Shown in pieces: positions 9,474 to 17,260 of a stretch of DNA of 64,000 nucleotides. Source of the DNA: a virus; the IMG/VR virus record IMGVR_UViG_3300049489_001336, positions 125,880-189,879 of that record; one strand, written 5' to 3'. The position numbers and the translations under genes were made by a program. Under the pieces are notes generated by a model that was not told the DNA's origin, did no database searches, and was given only the letters and a program-made list of their open reading frames with translations. Position 1 is the stretch's first letter. Each line of letters starts with the position of its first letter.

Positions 9474-9693
9474 ACCACACACTCGTTTTGTACGATCACG
9501 AAGGAGCTCTGGTGCCCACAAGAGTTCACTTGATAGGTATCACGCGTAGCACCCCAAGCGGAGCTTGGAAAAAAGAGACTGGCGATTCACCAGTCACAGG
9601 TATTTTATGGGTTACAAGGCTGTGAGCGCGTCAGGGGCCTCTGCAGCAGACGAATAACGTCACGCAATACCTTTGGGACAGTTTCTGTGTGGT
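9474..9693 (-). ncRNA. retron msr/msd-like unit A2 (long subtype)
   Basis: IR ACCACACA(9474-81)/TGTGTGGT(9686-93); CT after left arm, TTC before right arm; hairpin GACTGGCG-ATT-CACCAGTC 9577-9595. Confidence 0.7.
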
Positions 9694-9705
9694 TGCGAAT
9701 TATGG

Positions 9706-9932
9706 TGTAGTGTCCTTGTTTCCTAATAAATATATAAAGAACTATTTGAAGTTATAGTTTTGAAATGGCTACCATTACGCGGCGAGTATCAATACTGATC
9801 CGCGCAGCGGCACAGAGAAAATGGCGGTACGCCATTCTTGGGAGCGTTATTTCACGCAGAGTACTCATCCCTCGCGATGGGCCTTTCCAATGCATCCACG
9901 ACGCATCCCTTCGTACGATGTTCGACACTACA
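9706..9932 (-). ncRNA. retron msr/msd-like unit A3 (long subtype)
   Basis: IR TGTAGTGTC(9706-14)/GACACTACA(9924-32); CTTG after left arm, TTC before right arm; hairpin AATGGCG-GTA-CGCCATT 9820-9836. Confidence 0.7.
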
Positions 9933-9970
9933 GACAACTAGTCTCAGTAGTCGTAAAAAACGTGAATTTC

Positions 9971-10201
9971 TTACGACACAGAATCTTCGGCAACAACGCG
10001 AAGCTGAGTCTTGGAAAATTCAGCGATGGTTACTGCGAAGGGGCTTGTCTCCCTTTGCGTTACCGCGAACCCCACAACGTGCCCACCCCGCACATGCAGA
10101 TATCGCGGATGTACCACAGCTACGTCATCCCCCCGGATGAGTAGCGAGACAATTTTCTTGGACGTCCCCCTCGTAACTTCACTATCGACTGTATTTTTCA
10201 T
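9971..10201 (-). CDS. hypothetical protein
   Basis: 76 aa with GGGA upstream; could instead overlap degenerate RNA units. Confidence 0.4.
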   Translation of the reverse strand: MKNTVDSEVTRGTSKKIVSLLIRGDDVAVVHPRYLHVRGGHVVGFAVTQRETSPFAVTIAEFSKTQLRVVAEDSVS

Positions 10202-10279
10202 AGTTCCCTTTGGTGGCTTTAAGAGACTCTACTCATCTTCGTGCACTATGCACCTTTTATTTAGTACAGCGGGTTGTTT

Positions 10280-10690
10280 TTAATGCACCGGTTCAATTCG
10301 CACGACTTTCGCTATGGGAATAGCAAAGGCTTTATGCGGCATGTCCCGTGGCAACGTGTAAATAGAACCGCCTACTTCGGGCAATTTCCCGGTAATGCGG
10401 ATGTGCTCTCGAATGGAGTCGAGAGACGCTTCCGCTTCACCTAGGTGATGCTCCACAAATACTTTTACCGTATTTGCGTCCTTTGTACTGATTTCTGAGG
10501 GCGGCTCAGAACTAAAGAACGCGCGCATTTTGTTTACCATGTCTGCACGCGTTAAACGTTGGGTCACAGTTTTACACTGTGTGCAGAGCATTTCGGCTTC
10601 GCCCGTCGCAATGACAGGACGCACTCGTTGCTCTGTATTAATTTTGCACCGAGGGCAAAGGCAGTATTGCGCGAATTTAGGAAGCGTCAC
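10280..10690 (-). CDS. zinc-ribbon protein
   Basis: CPRC...CTQC motif. Confidence 0.65.
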   Translation of the reverse strand: MTLPKFAQYCLCPRCKINTEQRVRPVIATGEAEMLCTQCKTVTQRLTRADMVNKMRAFFSSEPPSEISTKDANTVKVFVEHHLGEAEASLDSIREHIRITGKLPEVGGSIYTLPRDMPHKAFAIPIAKVVRIEPVH

Positions 10691-11085
10691 AAACGTACTC
10701 TAATACGCTGCACGAGTTTGTTAAAGCGCTCTGCATTGCAAAGAATGTGAATGGGGTCGTCTTCGTTCACGGTTTTCTTCACAACACGCTTATGTTCATC
10801 GCGTTCTTCGACGTAATTGAGCCTGTGGTGGGTCTTGAAATTTACTTTTCCGTGTTTAGAGACGTTAATAGGCGCTGCGTAGTGCGCGTACATTCGGTAG
10901 CGTTGGACACGTTCTTCTGTGCAACGTTGTTCCCATGTTTGGTTCAAACGTGTGTCATAGAGGACCGTACCATAGTTAGTGTCACGGACTGCTTTGGTGT
11001 TAAAGCGAATAACGACTTCGTCTTCGGTCGTGACCAAAACTTCCCGCTCAGGGAGTTTCTCTAGGAGTGCTTTAGGTTTGCCCAT
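10687..11085 (-). CDS. hypothetical protein, paralog family 1 of 3
   Basis: KHGKVNF; C-terminal FNKLVQRIRVRL. Confidence 0.7.
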   Translation of the reverse strand: MGKPKALLEKLPEREVLVTTEDEVVIRFNTKAVRDTNYGTVLYDTRLNQTWEQRCTEERVQRYRMYAHYAAPINVSKHGKVNFKTHHRLNYVEERDEHKRVVKKTVNEDDPIHILCNAERFNKLVQRIRVRL

Positions 11086-11088
11086 GGG

Positions 11089-11451
11089 TTAAAGCCTTAT
11101 TTGGATGACCCTGGCAAGCTTCCGTAAGTGTTCAGGATCGTCGTCGTAGCTGTACGGCTCTTCTTCGATCCCTGCGTTGTATTTTTCTTGAAAAGCTATT
11201 TCTTCCTCAAACTGCGTGTTATGTTCAGGATAACACTTAGAATAGAGTTCCCAACGCTGTTTGGTGCGTTCGACGTCGTAAGGTGTTTTTTGCACTTTAC
11301 CTTCGAAAAACCGGTACTTGCCTTTCTTGCTACAATAACCGGGGGGCGTTTTTGCGGTGTAACCCTTTGCTTCAAGCGGAATGGCCAAGTTTAATTTGTA
11401 AACCAGCTCATCTTTGACCGTGATTACGAAGTGCCCTGGAATGTAGGTCAT
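11089..11451 (-). CDS. hypothetical protein, paralog family 2 of 3
   Basis: KKGKYRFFEGK; C-terminal LRKLARVIQIRL. Confidence 0.7.
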   Translation of the reverse strand: MTYIPGHFVITVKDELVYKLNLAIPLEAKGYTAKTPPGYCSKKGKYRFFEGKVQKTPYDVERTKQRWELYSKCYPEHNTQFEEEIAFQEKYNAGIEEEPYSYDDDPEHLRKLARVIQIRL

Positions 11452-11849
11452 AGTTTTATAACCACGCGCTGTACCATTCGATGTAAATCGCCGATATTTA
11501 CGTCGTAGGTATAGGGCTTGTCAGGGTCATTACAGTAAAGCCACGTATATTGGCTCCTGAATTTGTACAATTTCTTGGGGTCGTTTTTACATTGCGTGAA
11601 TTTCTCTTTGTACTCTTCTTCTGTGATAATTTGCTTTTTACCCGCAAAGAACGAGTACTGGCCTTTTTTGTCGACGTGACCGAGGTGTACGTTGTTCACG
11701 ACATAGAAATCCTGAGAACAGTAGTCATAGTTATTTTGTCTGTACAACAGCCAGGATTGCGTAGAAAATGCGAACAGGTTACTACTGAGAACGTACTTTA
11801 GGTCTCCCTCGACAGAGTTGAGGAAGAACCCTTCTGCAGAGATTGCCAT
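11448..11849 (-). CDS. hypothetical protein, paralog family 3 of 3
   Basis: KKGQYSFFAGK; C-terminal LHRMVQRVVIKL. Confidence 0.7.
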   Translation of the reverse strand: MAISAEGFFLNSVEGDLKYVLSSNLFAFSTQSWLLYRQNNYDYCSQDFYVVNNVHLGHVDKKGQYSFFAGKKQIITEEEYKEKFTQCKNDPKKLYKFRSQYTWLYCNDPDKPYTYDVNIGDLHRMVQRVVIKL

Positions 11850-11852
11850 GGT

Positions 11853-12734
11853 TCACTCTTTGGTTGCGCTCTTTCGCTTACGAGATTTGGCAACGGCCAA
11901 GCGCAGCTTTTCTAGGCTGTTTTGGAATTGAACCGCGACGTCGCCCTTGAGCGTGATTTCGTCTTTCTCGAAGATCTTCAGCATTTGAAGAGCTGCGTCG
12001 TTGTCGCCGAAGCGCACTTGTTCTTCGACACGGCGTTTCATTTGGTCGAGAGCCGTCGCCTTTTCAAAGTACTTCTTGGAGACCTCGCAAATCTCGTCAG
12101 AAATACCGGGCATGCCTCTGTACAGGGTTTTGTTGATTTGGCGTTCAAGCTCCTGGCCTTCTTTGCCTTTGGCTTCGATTTGCTCAATCAGAGCTTTGCG
12201 CTTTTCTTCGATGCTCTTTACATGAGCCCGGAATTGACCAATGGTCATGTTTTGGTCGATGTCTGCCAGCGAAATATCCTCGCTGAGCTCATTGAGCTCA
12301 TCAACAAGGTCTTGCGCCTCGGTTTCGAGCGCGTCGCGGCGAATCATCTTGGTAGCTGTCTCGGGGTCCAAGACTTCCATTGCTTTGTTGATGCTCGGAA
12401 GCATCTTCAACAATTCGGTGACGCGATTGTTGACGATAATTTCAAGGTCTTGGACAGACCGCTCTGTGCCCGCTACTAGGTCTCCCGAGTAGTACTGTTG
12501 CCCCCAGTTGCTACGGCCGATTTCTTCGCCGAGTTCCCGGAAACGAGGCGTGCCCAAGAAGTGCTTCTCATTGGCACGCCGCGCAATCTCGTAGCTAATA
12601 CGCCTAAAGATATAAATTTCAGCGTTGGCGCGTTTGTTGAAAAGGGCAACGTAGTCTTTCTTCTTGTCGTCGCTCCAGGTAGCGATGGCGCCGGAGTTCT
12701 CAGAAGCAACAACCAGACTGTCGAATTCACTCAT
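11853..12734 (-). CDS. coiled-coil hypothetical protein
   Basis: helical, heptad-rich; AAGGA SD before ATG 12734. Confidence 0.7.
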   Translation of the reverse strand: MSEFDSLVVASENSGAIATWSDDKKKDYVALFNKRANAEIYIFRRISYEIARRANEKHFLGTPRFRELGEEIGRSNWGQQYYSGDLVAGTERSVQDLEIIVNNRVTELLKMLPSINKAMEVLDPETATKMIRRDALETEAQDLVDELNELSEDISLADIDQNMTIGQFRAHVKSIEEKRKALIEQIEAKGKEGQELERQINKTLYRGMPGISDEICEVSKKYFEKATALDQMKRRVEEQVRFGDNDAALQMLKIFEKDEITLKGDVAVQFQNSLEKLRLAVAKSRKRKSATKE

Positions 12735-12823
12735 TTTACGTTTCCTTGTTAGACAAATAAAAATGGCCCTTGTGAGAAGGGCCGCGTTAGACATACGTCT
12801 ATGTACTTTTACCAAAAAACTGA

Positions 12824-13069
12824 TTACAGTTTTTCTGGGGGTGTAATAAAGGCTTCAACGGCTTCGGCTAATTTGTCATCTTCGATTTGAAATAACAAAT
12901 CAGGGCATGCGTTGAGAAGTAATTGACCAAGCCGTTGTTCAGGAACCGACAACCACGCGTTAAAAATGCGAATCAGAATCTCTTTCTTTGTACGAGCCGA
13001 AACAGCGCGCCCACGCCGCTCAAGCTCTTTTTCAATTTCACTGGGGCTGGGTATCATTGGTATACCCAT
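12824..13069 (-). CDS. small phage protein with W..P..RLGQLL motif
   Basis: AWLSVPEQRLGQLL...IEDDKL pattern recalled from small conserved phage proteins. Confidence 0.55.
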   Translation of the reverse strand: MGIPMIPSPSEIEKELERRGRAVSARTKKEILIRIFNAWLSVPEQRLGQLLLNACPDLLFQIEDDKLAEAVEAFITPPEKL

Positions 13070-13880
13070 TATAGATAGCCTCCAAGTACTTGCGTTGTTC
13101 CTCGGATAGGTTATCCATCCGCAAGCAGAATTCCAGGTAGTCGGGCTCGATGCTGAGTACTTCCGCTACAAAGCGCCCTGAATGTTTTCCTGCGGTGAAT
13201 TTCCAAATGTTATTTTCGGAATCAACCTTGGTGATGATTTTGCTGAAGCTCTTAGGCTTCTCCAACGCTTCTTTCACAGCATTGGCATCAACAACGATTT
13301 GACCCTTGAGGGTGTCACGCATTTTCTTGAGGATATCCACCATGGCGAGCACGTCGCTTAGAGACGTATGCGCTTCGGTGTGAGTCACACCGTAGGCTTC
13401 GCTCAAGACCTGCAAACGGTAGGCAGGGCGCATAGCCCCCAACGTCACCAAGTCAGTGAAAATGGCAACGCCAACCGTGTCCAACCCATGATAACCAAAG
13501 ATACTGTCATAGCCCTTGGAGTGCTTTTCCTTTTTCCAGTGCTTGTTGAACAAAGCCTTGAGAAAGCCACGGTCAAAGGGCAAGTTGTGCGCAATCTGTT
13601 TGAGACGGCTGTAGCCCTTTAAAAAGGCGTACACGCCGTTAAACATTTCTTCTTGGGTGACGGCACCGAGAGAATCCCATTTCTCTTTGGTATAGCCGTT
13701 GACTTTAAGAGCGCCTTCGTCAATAACGGCACCCTCGGATGGATGCGCGAAAAAAGTAACACCACTGACCGTATTGAGAGACTCATCTAATACGAGCATG
13801 CTGATGCTAATGATTTCGTTTACTTCTTCGTTGAGACCTGTGGTCTCTGTATCAAAGGCGAGAAACTCAGCTTTAGGCAT
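13038..13880 (-). CDS. DEDDh 3'-5' exonuclease (DnaQ/ExoX-like)
   Basis: Exo I FDTETTG, Exo II AHNLPFD, Exo III HTSLSD; C-terminal FTAGKHSG...EPDYLEF resembles the ExoX C-terminal domain. Confidence 0.9.
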   Translation of the reverse strand: MPKAEFLAFDTETTGLNEEVNEIISISMLVLDESLNTVSGVTFFAHPSEGAVIDEGALKVNGYTKEKWDSLGAVTQEEMFNGVYAFLKGYSRLKQIAHNLPFDRGFLKALFNKHWKKEKHSKGYDSIFGYHGLDTVGVAIFTDLVTLGAMRPAYRLQVLSEAYGVTHTEAHTSLSDVLAMVDILKKMRDTLKGQIVVDANAVKEALEKPKSFSKIITKVDSENNIWKFTAGKHSGRFVAEVLSIEPDYLEFCLRMDNLSEEQRKYLEAIYNGYTNDTQPQ

Positions 13881-13883
13881 GTT

Positions 13884-14501
13884 CTAAAACCCCAGTGTGC
13901 TAAGGAATTCTTCTACGAGATCTCGCAGAAGATACAATTCCCGCCCTTTGTTGTCGATGACATAATCTTCTTTTATCTCGCTTAATTCCGTTTCTGATTT
14001 ATGCGAGGATGTTTGCAAGTCCGCTTCGGGGCGCTTCACGCGTACGATCAAACCGCCTGCGTTTTGTATCGCATTTGCCTCGGACAGAAAGCGAATGTCA
14101 GACACCACCACAAGCTTTGTATGGTTGCTCGGGTGGTCGAGGAGCTTGCGCGCACGTCCAATCATAAGTTTCGACCAAACGTCTTCGTGGACATGGCGAA
14201 ACCCTTCTGTACCTACGTACTGCAAAATACGCCGCCCACTCCAACCGGGGACGCTTTCTAAAAGCGCTTCTTTTTGGGCTTGAGAGCCGTAGAACGCTTC
14301 GCGAGGAACATCGAACGCCGTCGAGAACACGTCAAAGCACATTTCTTTGAGCGGATCTGCACAGGCAATTTTGGTTGCTTGGTGGAAGTGTTTGCTGCGG
14401 AGCTTGACAAGCTCGCAGATAAAGTCTGAAACGGTGTCTTTGCCTGCCCCTGCGCGGCCAGTAATCCCAAGGATGGGCGTTGCCAATTCAATTTTTGCCA
14501 T
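13884..14501 (-). CDS. deoxynucleoside monophosphate kinase
   Basis: P-loop GRAGAGKDT, ADPLK, RRILQYVGTEGFR, SDIRFLSE motifs. Confidence 0.9.
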   Translation of the reverse strand: MAKIELATPILGITGRAGAGKDTVSDFICELVKLRSKHFHQATKIACADPLKEMCFDVFSTAFDVPREAFYGSQAQKEALLESVPGWSGRRILQYVGTEGFRHVHEDVWSKLMIGRARKLLDHPSNHTKLVVVSDIRFLSEANAIQNAGGLIVRVKRPEADLQTSSHKSETELSEIKEDYVIDNKGRELYLLRDLVEEFLSTLGF

Positions 14502-14538
14502 CCGCGCAAGATATCAAATACACATTTAGGTGTAAATG

Positions 14539-14546
14539 GCTATGCT
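14539..14546 (+). promoter_or_regulatory. candidate -10 element (GCTATGCT) of a leaderless gene
   Basis: hexamer ends 7 nt before ATG 14553; no SD; same geometry as 61209-61223. Confidence 0.4.
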
Positions 14547-14552
14547 TATGCC

Positions 14553-14849
14553 ATGAATACAGTAACAGTACGTGGAGTACTCAAAACATGTCCCGCAACG
14601 GGCGCACGTAAATGGGCGGGTTACGTGTCAGAAGACACAGAAGTACCTGCTGGTTTGGTGGCAGCCTCAATTGAGGTGTTGGACCCTGAAGACCAGACGG
14701 GTAATCGCTGGATTTTAGCAGTCTCGGAGCCCTTGACGCCTTTGGATTCTGCGACATTAGACGCGCTTGCGCAGGGAGACGCTGTGCGCTTGGCAAAGTC
14801 TAAGCTAACCGACGCAGACCTCGCGGCATTGGGTCTCACGCGCGAATAG
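14553..14849 (+). CDS. hypothetical protein
   Basis: 98 aa isolated plus-strand ORF converging on array B. Confidence 0.6.
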   Translation: MNTVTVRGVLKTCPATGARKWAGYVSEDTEVPAGLVAASIEVLDPEDQTGNRWILAVSEPLTPLDSATLDALAQGDAVRLAKSKLTDADLAALGLTRE

Positions 14850-14855
14850 CTAAAA

Positions 14856-15005
14856 AAGAGTGAGTGCCTTGAGTAGCCTACTTGCTACACAGTAGGCTGT
14901 GCTTTGTCACGAGATAAGAGAGTCGATCTCGTGATTAAGCGTGTGCATAAAACATCTCAGTGACGGAGCGTCACTGGTTGCGTGTTCACGCGCGCACCCA
15001 CTCTT
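14856..15005 (-). ncRNA. retron msr/msd-like unit B1
   Basis: IR AAGAGTGAGTGC/GCACCCACTCTT (mismatch becomes G-U on minus strand); CTTG/GC junctions; hairpin CAGTGACG-GAG-CGTCACTG 14958-14976. Confidence 0.75.
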
Positions 15006-15142
15006 AAACTCTACCTTGGTTATCTGGAAGACCAAGTCCGAAGGACAGGGTCTGACTTTTACTTTTTAACCACCAAAGGCCTATTTATGCATGACGGAAC
15101 ATCATGCCGATAAGGATCTTGTCATCAAGACGCGTAGAGTTT
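15006..15142 (-). ncRNA. retron msr/msd-like unit B2
   Basis: IR AAACTCTAC/GTAGAGTTT; CTTG/GC junctions; hairpin GCATGACG-GAA-CATCATGC 15089-15107. Confidence 0.75.
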
Positions 15143-15143
15143 A

Positions 15144-15329
15144 ACCATGCTTTTTAGTTTGGCCTGGAGCCGTGCTGGAGTGTGCGAAATTTCTCATGCG
15201 ACCGACCGAAAATTTCGCGACACGGAAGCTTCGGCGCAAGGGCCCGACGTCGTATTAAGCGTGCTTAATCGCGTCGGTGTTCTATTTGATCAGCGGTACA
15301 CTGATGCGTTTATCCTAGGATGCCATGGT
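15144..15329 (-). ncRNA. retron msr/msd-like unit B3
   Basis: IR ACCATG/CATGGT; CTT/GC junctions; hairpin ATCAGCG-GTA-CACTGAT 15289-15305. Confidence 0.7.
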
Positions 15330-15341
15330 CAAACAAAACTA

Positions 15342-16343
15342 TTACGACTTACGCTGCGAACCGTTGTTCTCGGCGCGCACCGTTTGCAGGTCGCGAAGCT
15401 CGGTAAGAGCCTGACGACCCGAAGCAGCGTCGAGCGCCTTTTCGGACAAAGAAACGTTCTTGGCGTAGGCTTCGCTGAGCTTGACGCCAAGGTCCGTGAC
15501 TTGTGCGCTGAGGCGAGAAACCTCGTCCTTCGCAGCATGCAGTTGTGCTTGTAGTTGGGCCACTTGAGACGCGTGGTCGCGCGAAGCCAGTTCGGACGCG
15601 TGCTTGTGATCGCGAGAAATGGCACTTGCAACAGTAGCCACTTCCTTCTTCACCGCAGCGTCGATTTCATCCTGGATGCCAGCAATGCGAGTCATTGCAG
15701 CAATAAATTCAGACTCGCGCGCCTTGAGGGCGCTTTCACGAGACTGGAAGTTACGTTCGAATTCCGCCGCGCGAAGGCTTTCGGCCCGCTTGGCGTCTTC
15801 CATGGCGTTTTTCCACACGGTCTCTTCGTTCCGGCGACGGAGATCTCGCTCGTACTTGTACTGCTCTTCTTCGCGAATGCGCGTCTTAAGCGCTTCGTCG
15901 TTTCGTTCCTGGACCAGCTTGGCGTGTGCGGCCTTTTCGACATCCCACTGCTGACGAAGTGCCGCAATCTCGCTTTCCAGAGCCAACTTCTGCCGGTCAT
16001 GGTCTTCGACCAACGCGGCAAGCGACGAACCAATGACCTCTTTGGCAAACAACGCCTCAAGGTCTTTCTGTTTGACCTGAATTGCGAGATCGATCTCTTC
16101 GAGACGACGGGTCTTTGCCGTGAGCGTTTCGCTCAAGCTCGAAAGAGCACGGACGGTGCTCAAGCTGGCGTCCGTGATTTCTTTGACCACGGAGTCTACG
16201 GTGATTCCCTGAACCGCTTTGCGTGCAGTATCTGCGCGGGCTTCTGCTGCTTCACGTTCCTTGGGAGGAATTCCCGAAGCCTGAGACAACTGAGCCTTAA
16301 GATTTGCAACGTCGCGTTCGAGATCTGCTTTGGTCTTACCCAC
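15342..16343 (-). CDS. long coiled-coil protein between RNA arrays B and C
   Basis: 333 aa, helical heptads throughout; GTG start with GAGG SD. Confidence 0.8.
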   Translation of the reverse strand: MGKTKADLERDVANLKAQLSQASGIPPKEREAAEARADTARKAVQGITVDSVVKEITDASLSTVRALSSLSETLTAKTRRLEEIDLAIQVKQKDLEALFAKEVIGSSLAALVEDHDRQKLALESEIAALRQQWDVEKAAHAKLVQERNDEALKTRIREEEQYKYERDLRRRNEETVWKNAMEDAKRAESLRAAEFERNFQSRESALKARESEFIAAMTRIAGIQDEIDAAVKKEVATVASAISRDHKHASELASRDHASQVAQLQAQLHAAKDEVSRLSAQVTDLGVKLSEAYAKNVSLSEKALDAASGRQALTELRDLQTVRAENNGSQRKS

Positions 16344-16408
16344 AAGTACCTCTGTCTTTTACTTTACCGAATTCAAAAAATGCAGGTGATAAATATATCG
16401 CGTTTTTA

Positions 16409-16564
16409 ACGGCAACGCTTGCTTTTAAGAGGTTTGAAAGGTCTGTAGCGTACACGCTAGTGCAGCGAAAGACCCGCAAACCGAGAAAGTTGCGCAGCAA
16501 TGCGCGATTAATCAGTATTTTTGGCGGTGCGCCAAATTCCGTTTGTAGACGGAGCCGTTGCCGT
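16409..16564 (-). ncRNA. retron msr/msd-like unit C1
   Basis: IR ACGGCAACG/CGTTGCCGT; CTTG/GC junctions; hairpin TTTGGCG-GTG-CGCCAAA 16520-16536. Confidence 0.75.
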
Positions 16565-16696
16565 AATGCTGTGCTCTACAGATAATGCGGACCGGAACCC
16601 TGGAAGGGTGTAGGTCCTACATTATTTGTATACTGGCTAAGTTTGTTATTATTTAACACTAGCGGTTCACTAGCTTACTGTTTAAGTGCCATTACG
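16562..16696 (-). ncRNA. retron msr/msd-like unit C2
   Basis: IR CGTAATG/CATTACG; CTG/GC junctions; hairpin CTAGCG-GTT-CACTAG 16659-16673. Confidence 0.7.
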
Positions 16697-16698
16697 AA

Positions 16699-16827
16699 CA
16701 GCTATGCTTGAATGCTCAAAACTTGGAATCCCGCAAGTTTTGGGCGGATCTCGGAAGGACCCCGCGTAGGGGTACGAAGTTGACGGAACGTCAACCAGGG
16801 AGTGGCTTTACCACAACGCCATAGCTG
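16699..16827 (-). ncRNA. retron msr/msd-like unit C3
   Basis: IR CAGCTATG/CATAGCTG; CTTG/GC junctions; hairpin GTTGACG-GAA-CGTCAAC 16779-16795. Confidence 0.75.
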
Positions 16828-16830
16828 TCA

Positions 16831-16961
16831 CCTCTTCCTGTATTGCCCCGCTTTATTGCATTCGGTGGAGCATTGGAGAGCCATACGCGAAGCGTGGTCG
16901 CGCTGGGACTATCATATACAAGACCGGCGAAACACCGATCGATACAACGATTGCGAAGAGG
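16831..16961 (-). ncRNA. retron msr/msd-like unit C4
   Basis: IR CCTCTTC/GAAGAGG; CTG/GC junctions; hairpin CGGCG-AAA-CACCG 16925-16937. Confidence 0.7.
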
Positions 16962-17089
16962 CCAAAATGATTAAGACTATTCTGGATATACCTTTAAGTC
17001 AGGTTGATCTAGTTACTGCATTGTGGATCGCACCTTTCTTTATTTGTATTCCAGCTGTCTTTTCTGCGTTCATGAACGCAGGTAAATAA

Positions 17090-17260
17090 ATCCACACGCC
17101 TGGTGTGTAATAATTTTAATTAAAAGCGTAGCATTTAATTAAAATTATTTGAGCAACGCGTACCACACTGAAAGTGTACACGTATTTAACTACAACGACG
17201 GTTCGTCGTCTTGTGAGCTTTCCGGAATGAAGCTAACTCACAATTTGGTTCGCGTGTGAT
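17090..17260 (-). ncRNA. retron msr/msd-like unit C5 (long-hairpin-1 subtype)
   Basis: IR CACACGC(17093-99)/GCGTGTG(17252-58); CTGG/TTC junctions; hairpin ACGACG-GTT-CGTCGT 17195-17209; contains a perfect 16-bp AT-rich IR. Confidence 0.65.

Noticed and set aside
9726-16398. ATAAATATAT shared at 9726 and 16389 as a promoter for the islands
   Set aside because: It is an AT-rich 10-mer in non-equivalent positions (inside A3 versus outside C1) and on the wrong strand for the inferred RNAs.
15555-16409. Long antisense ORFs (15555-16409, 18752-19441 and many others in the track)
   Set aside because: They shadow well-supported genes on the opposite strand and show no recognisable motifs.
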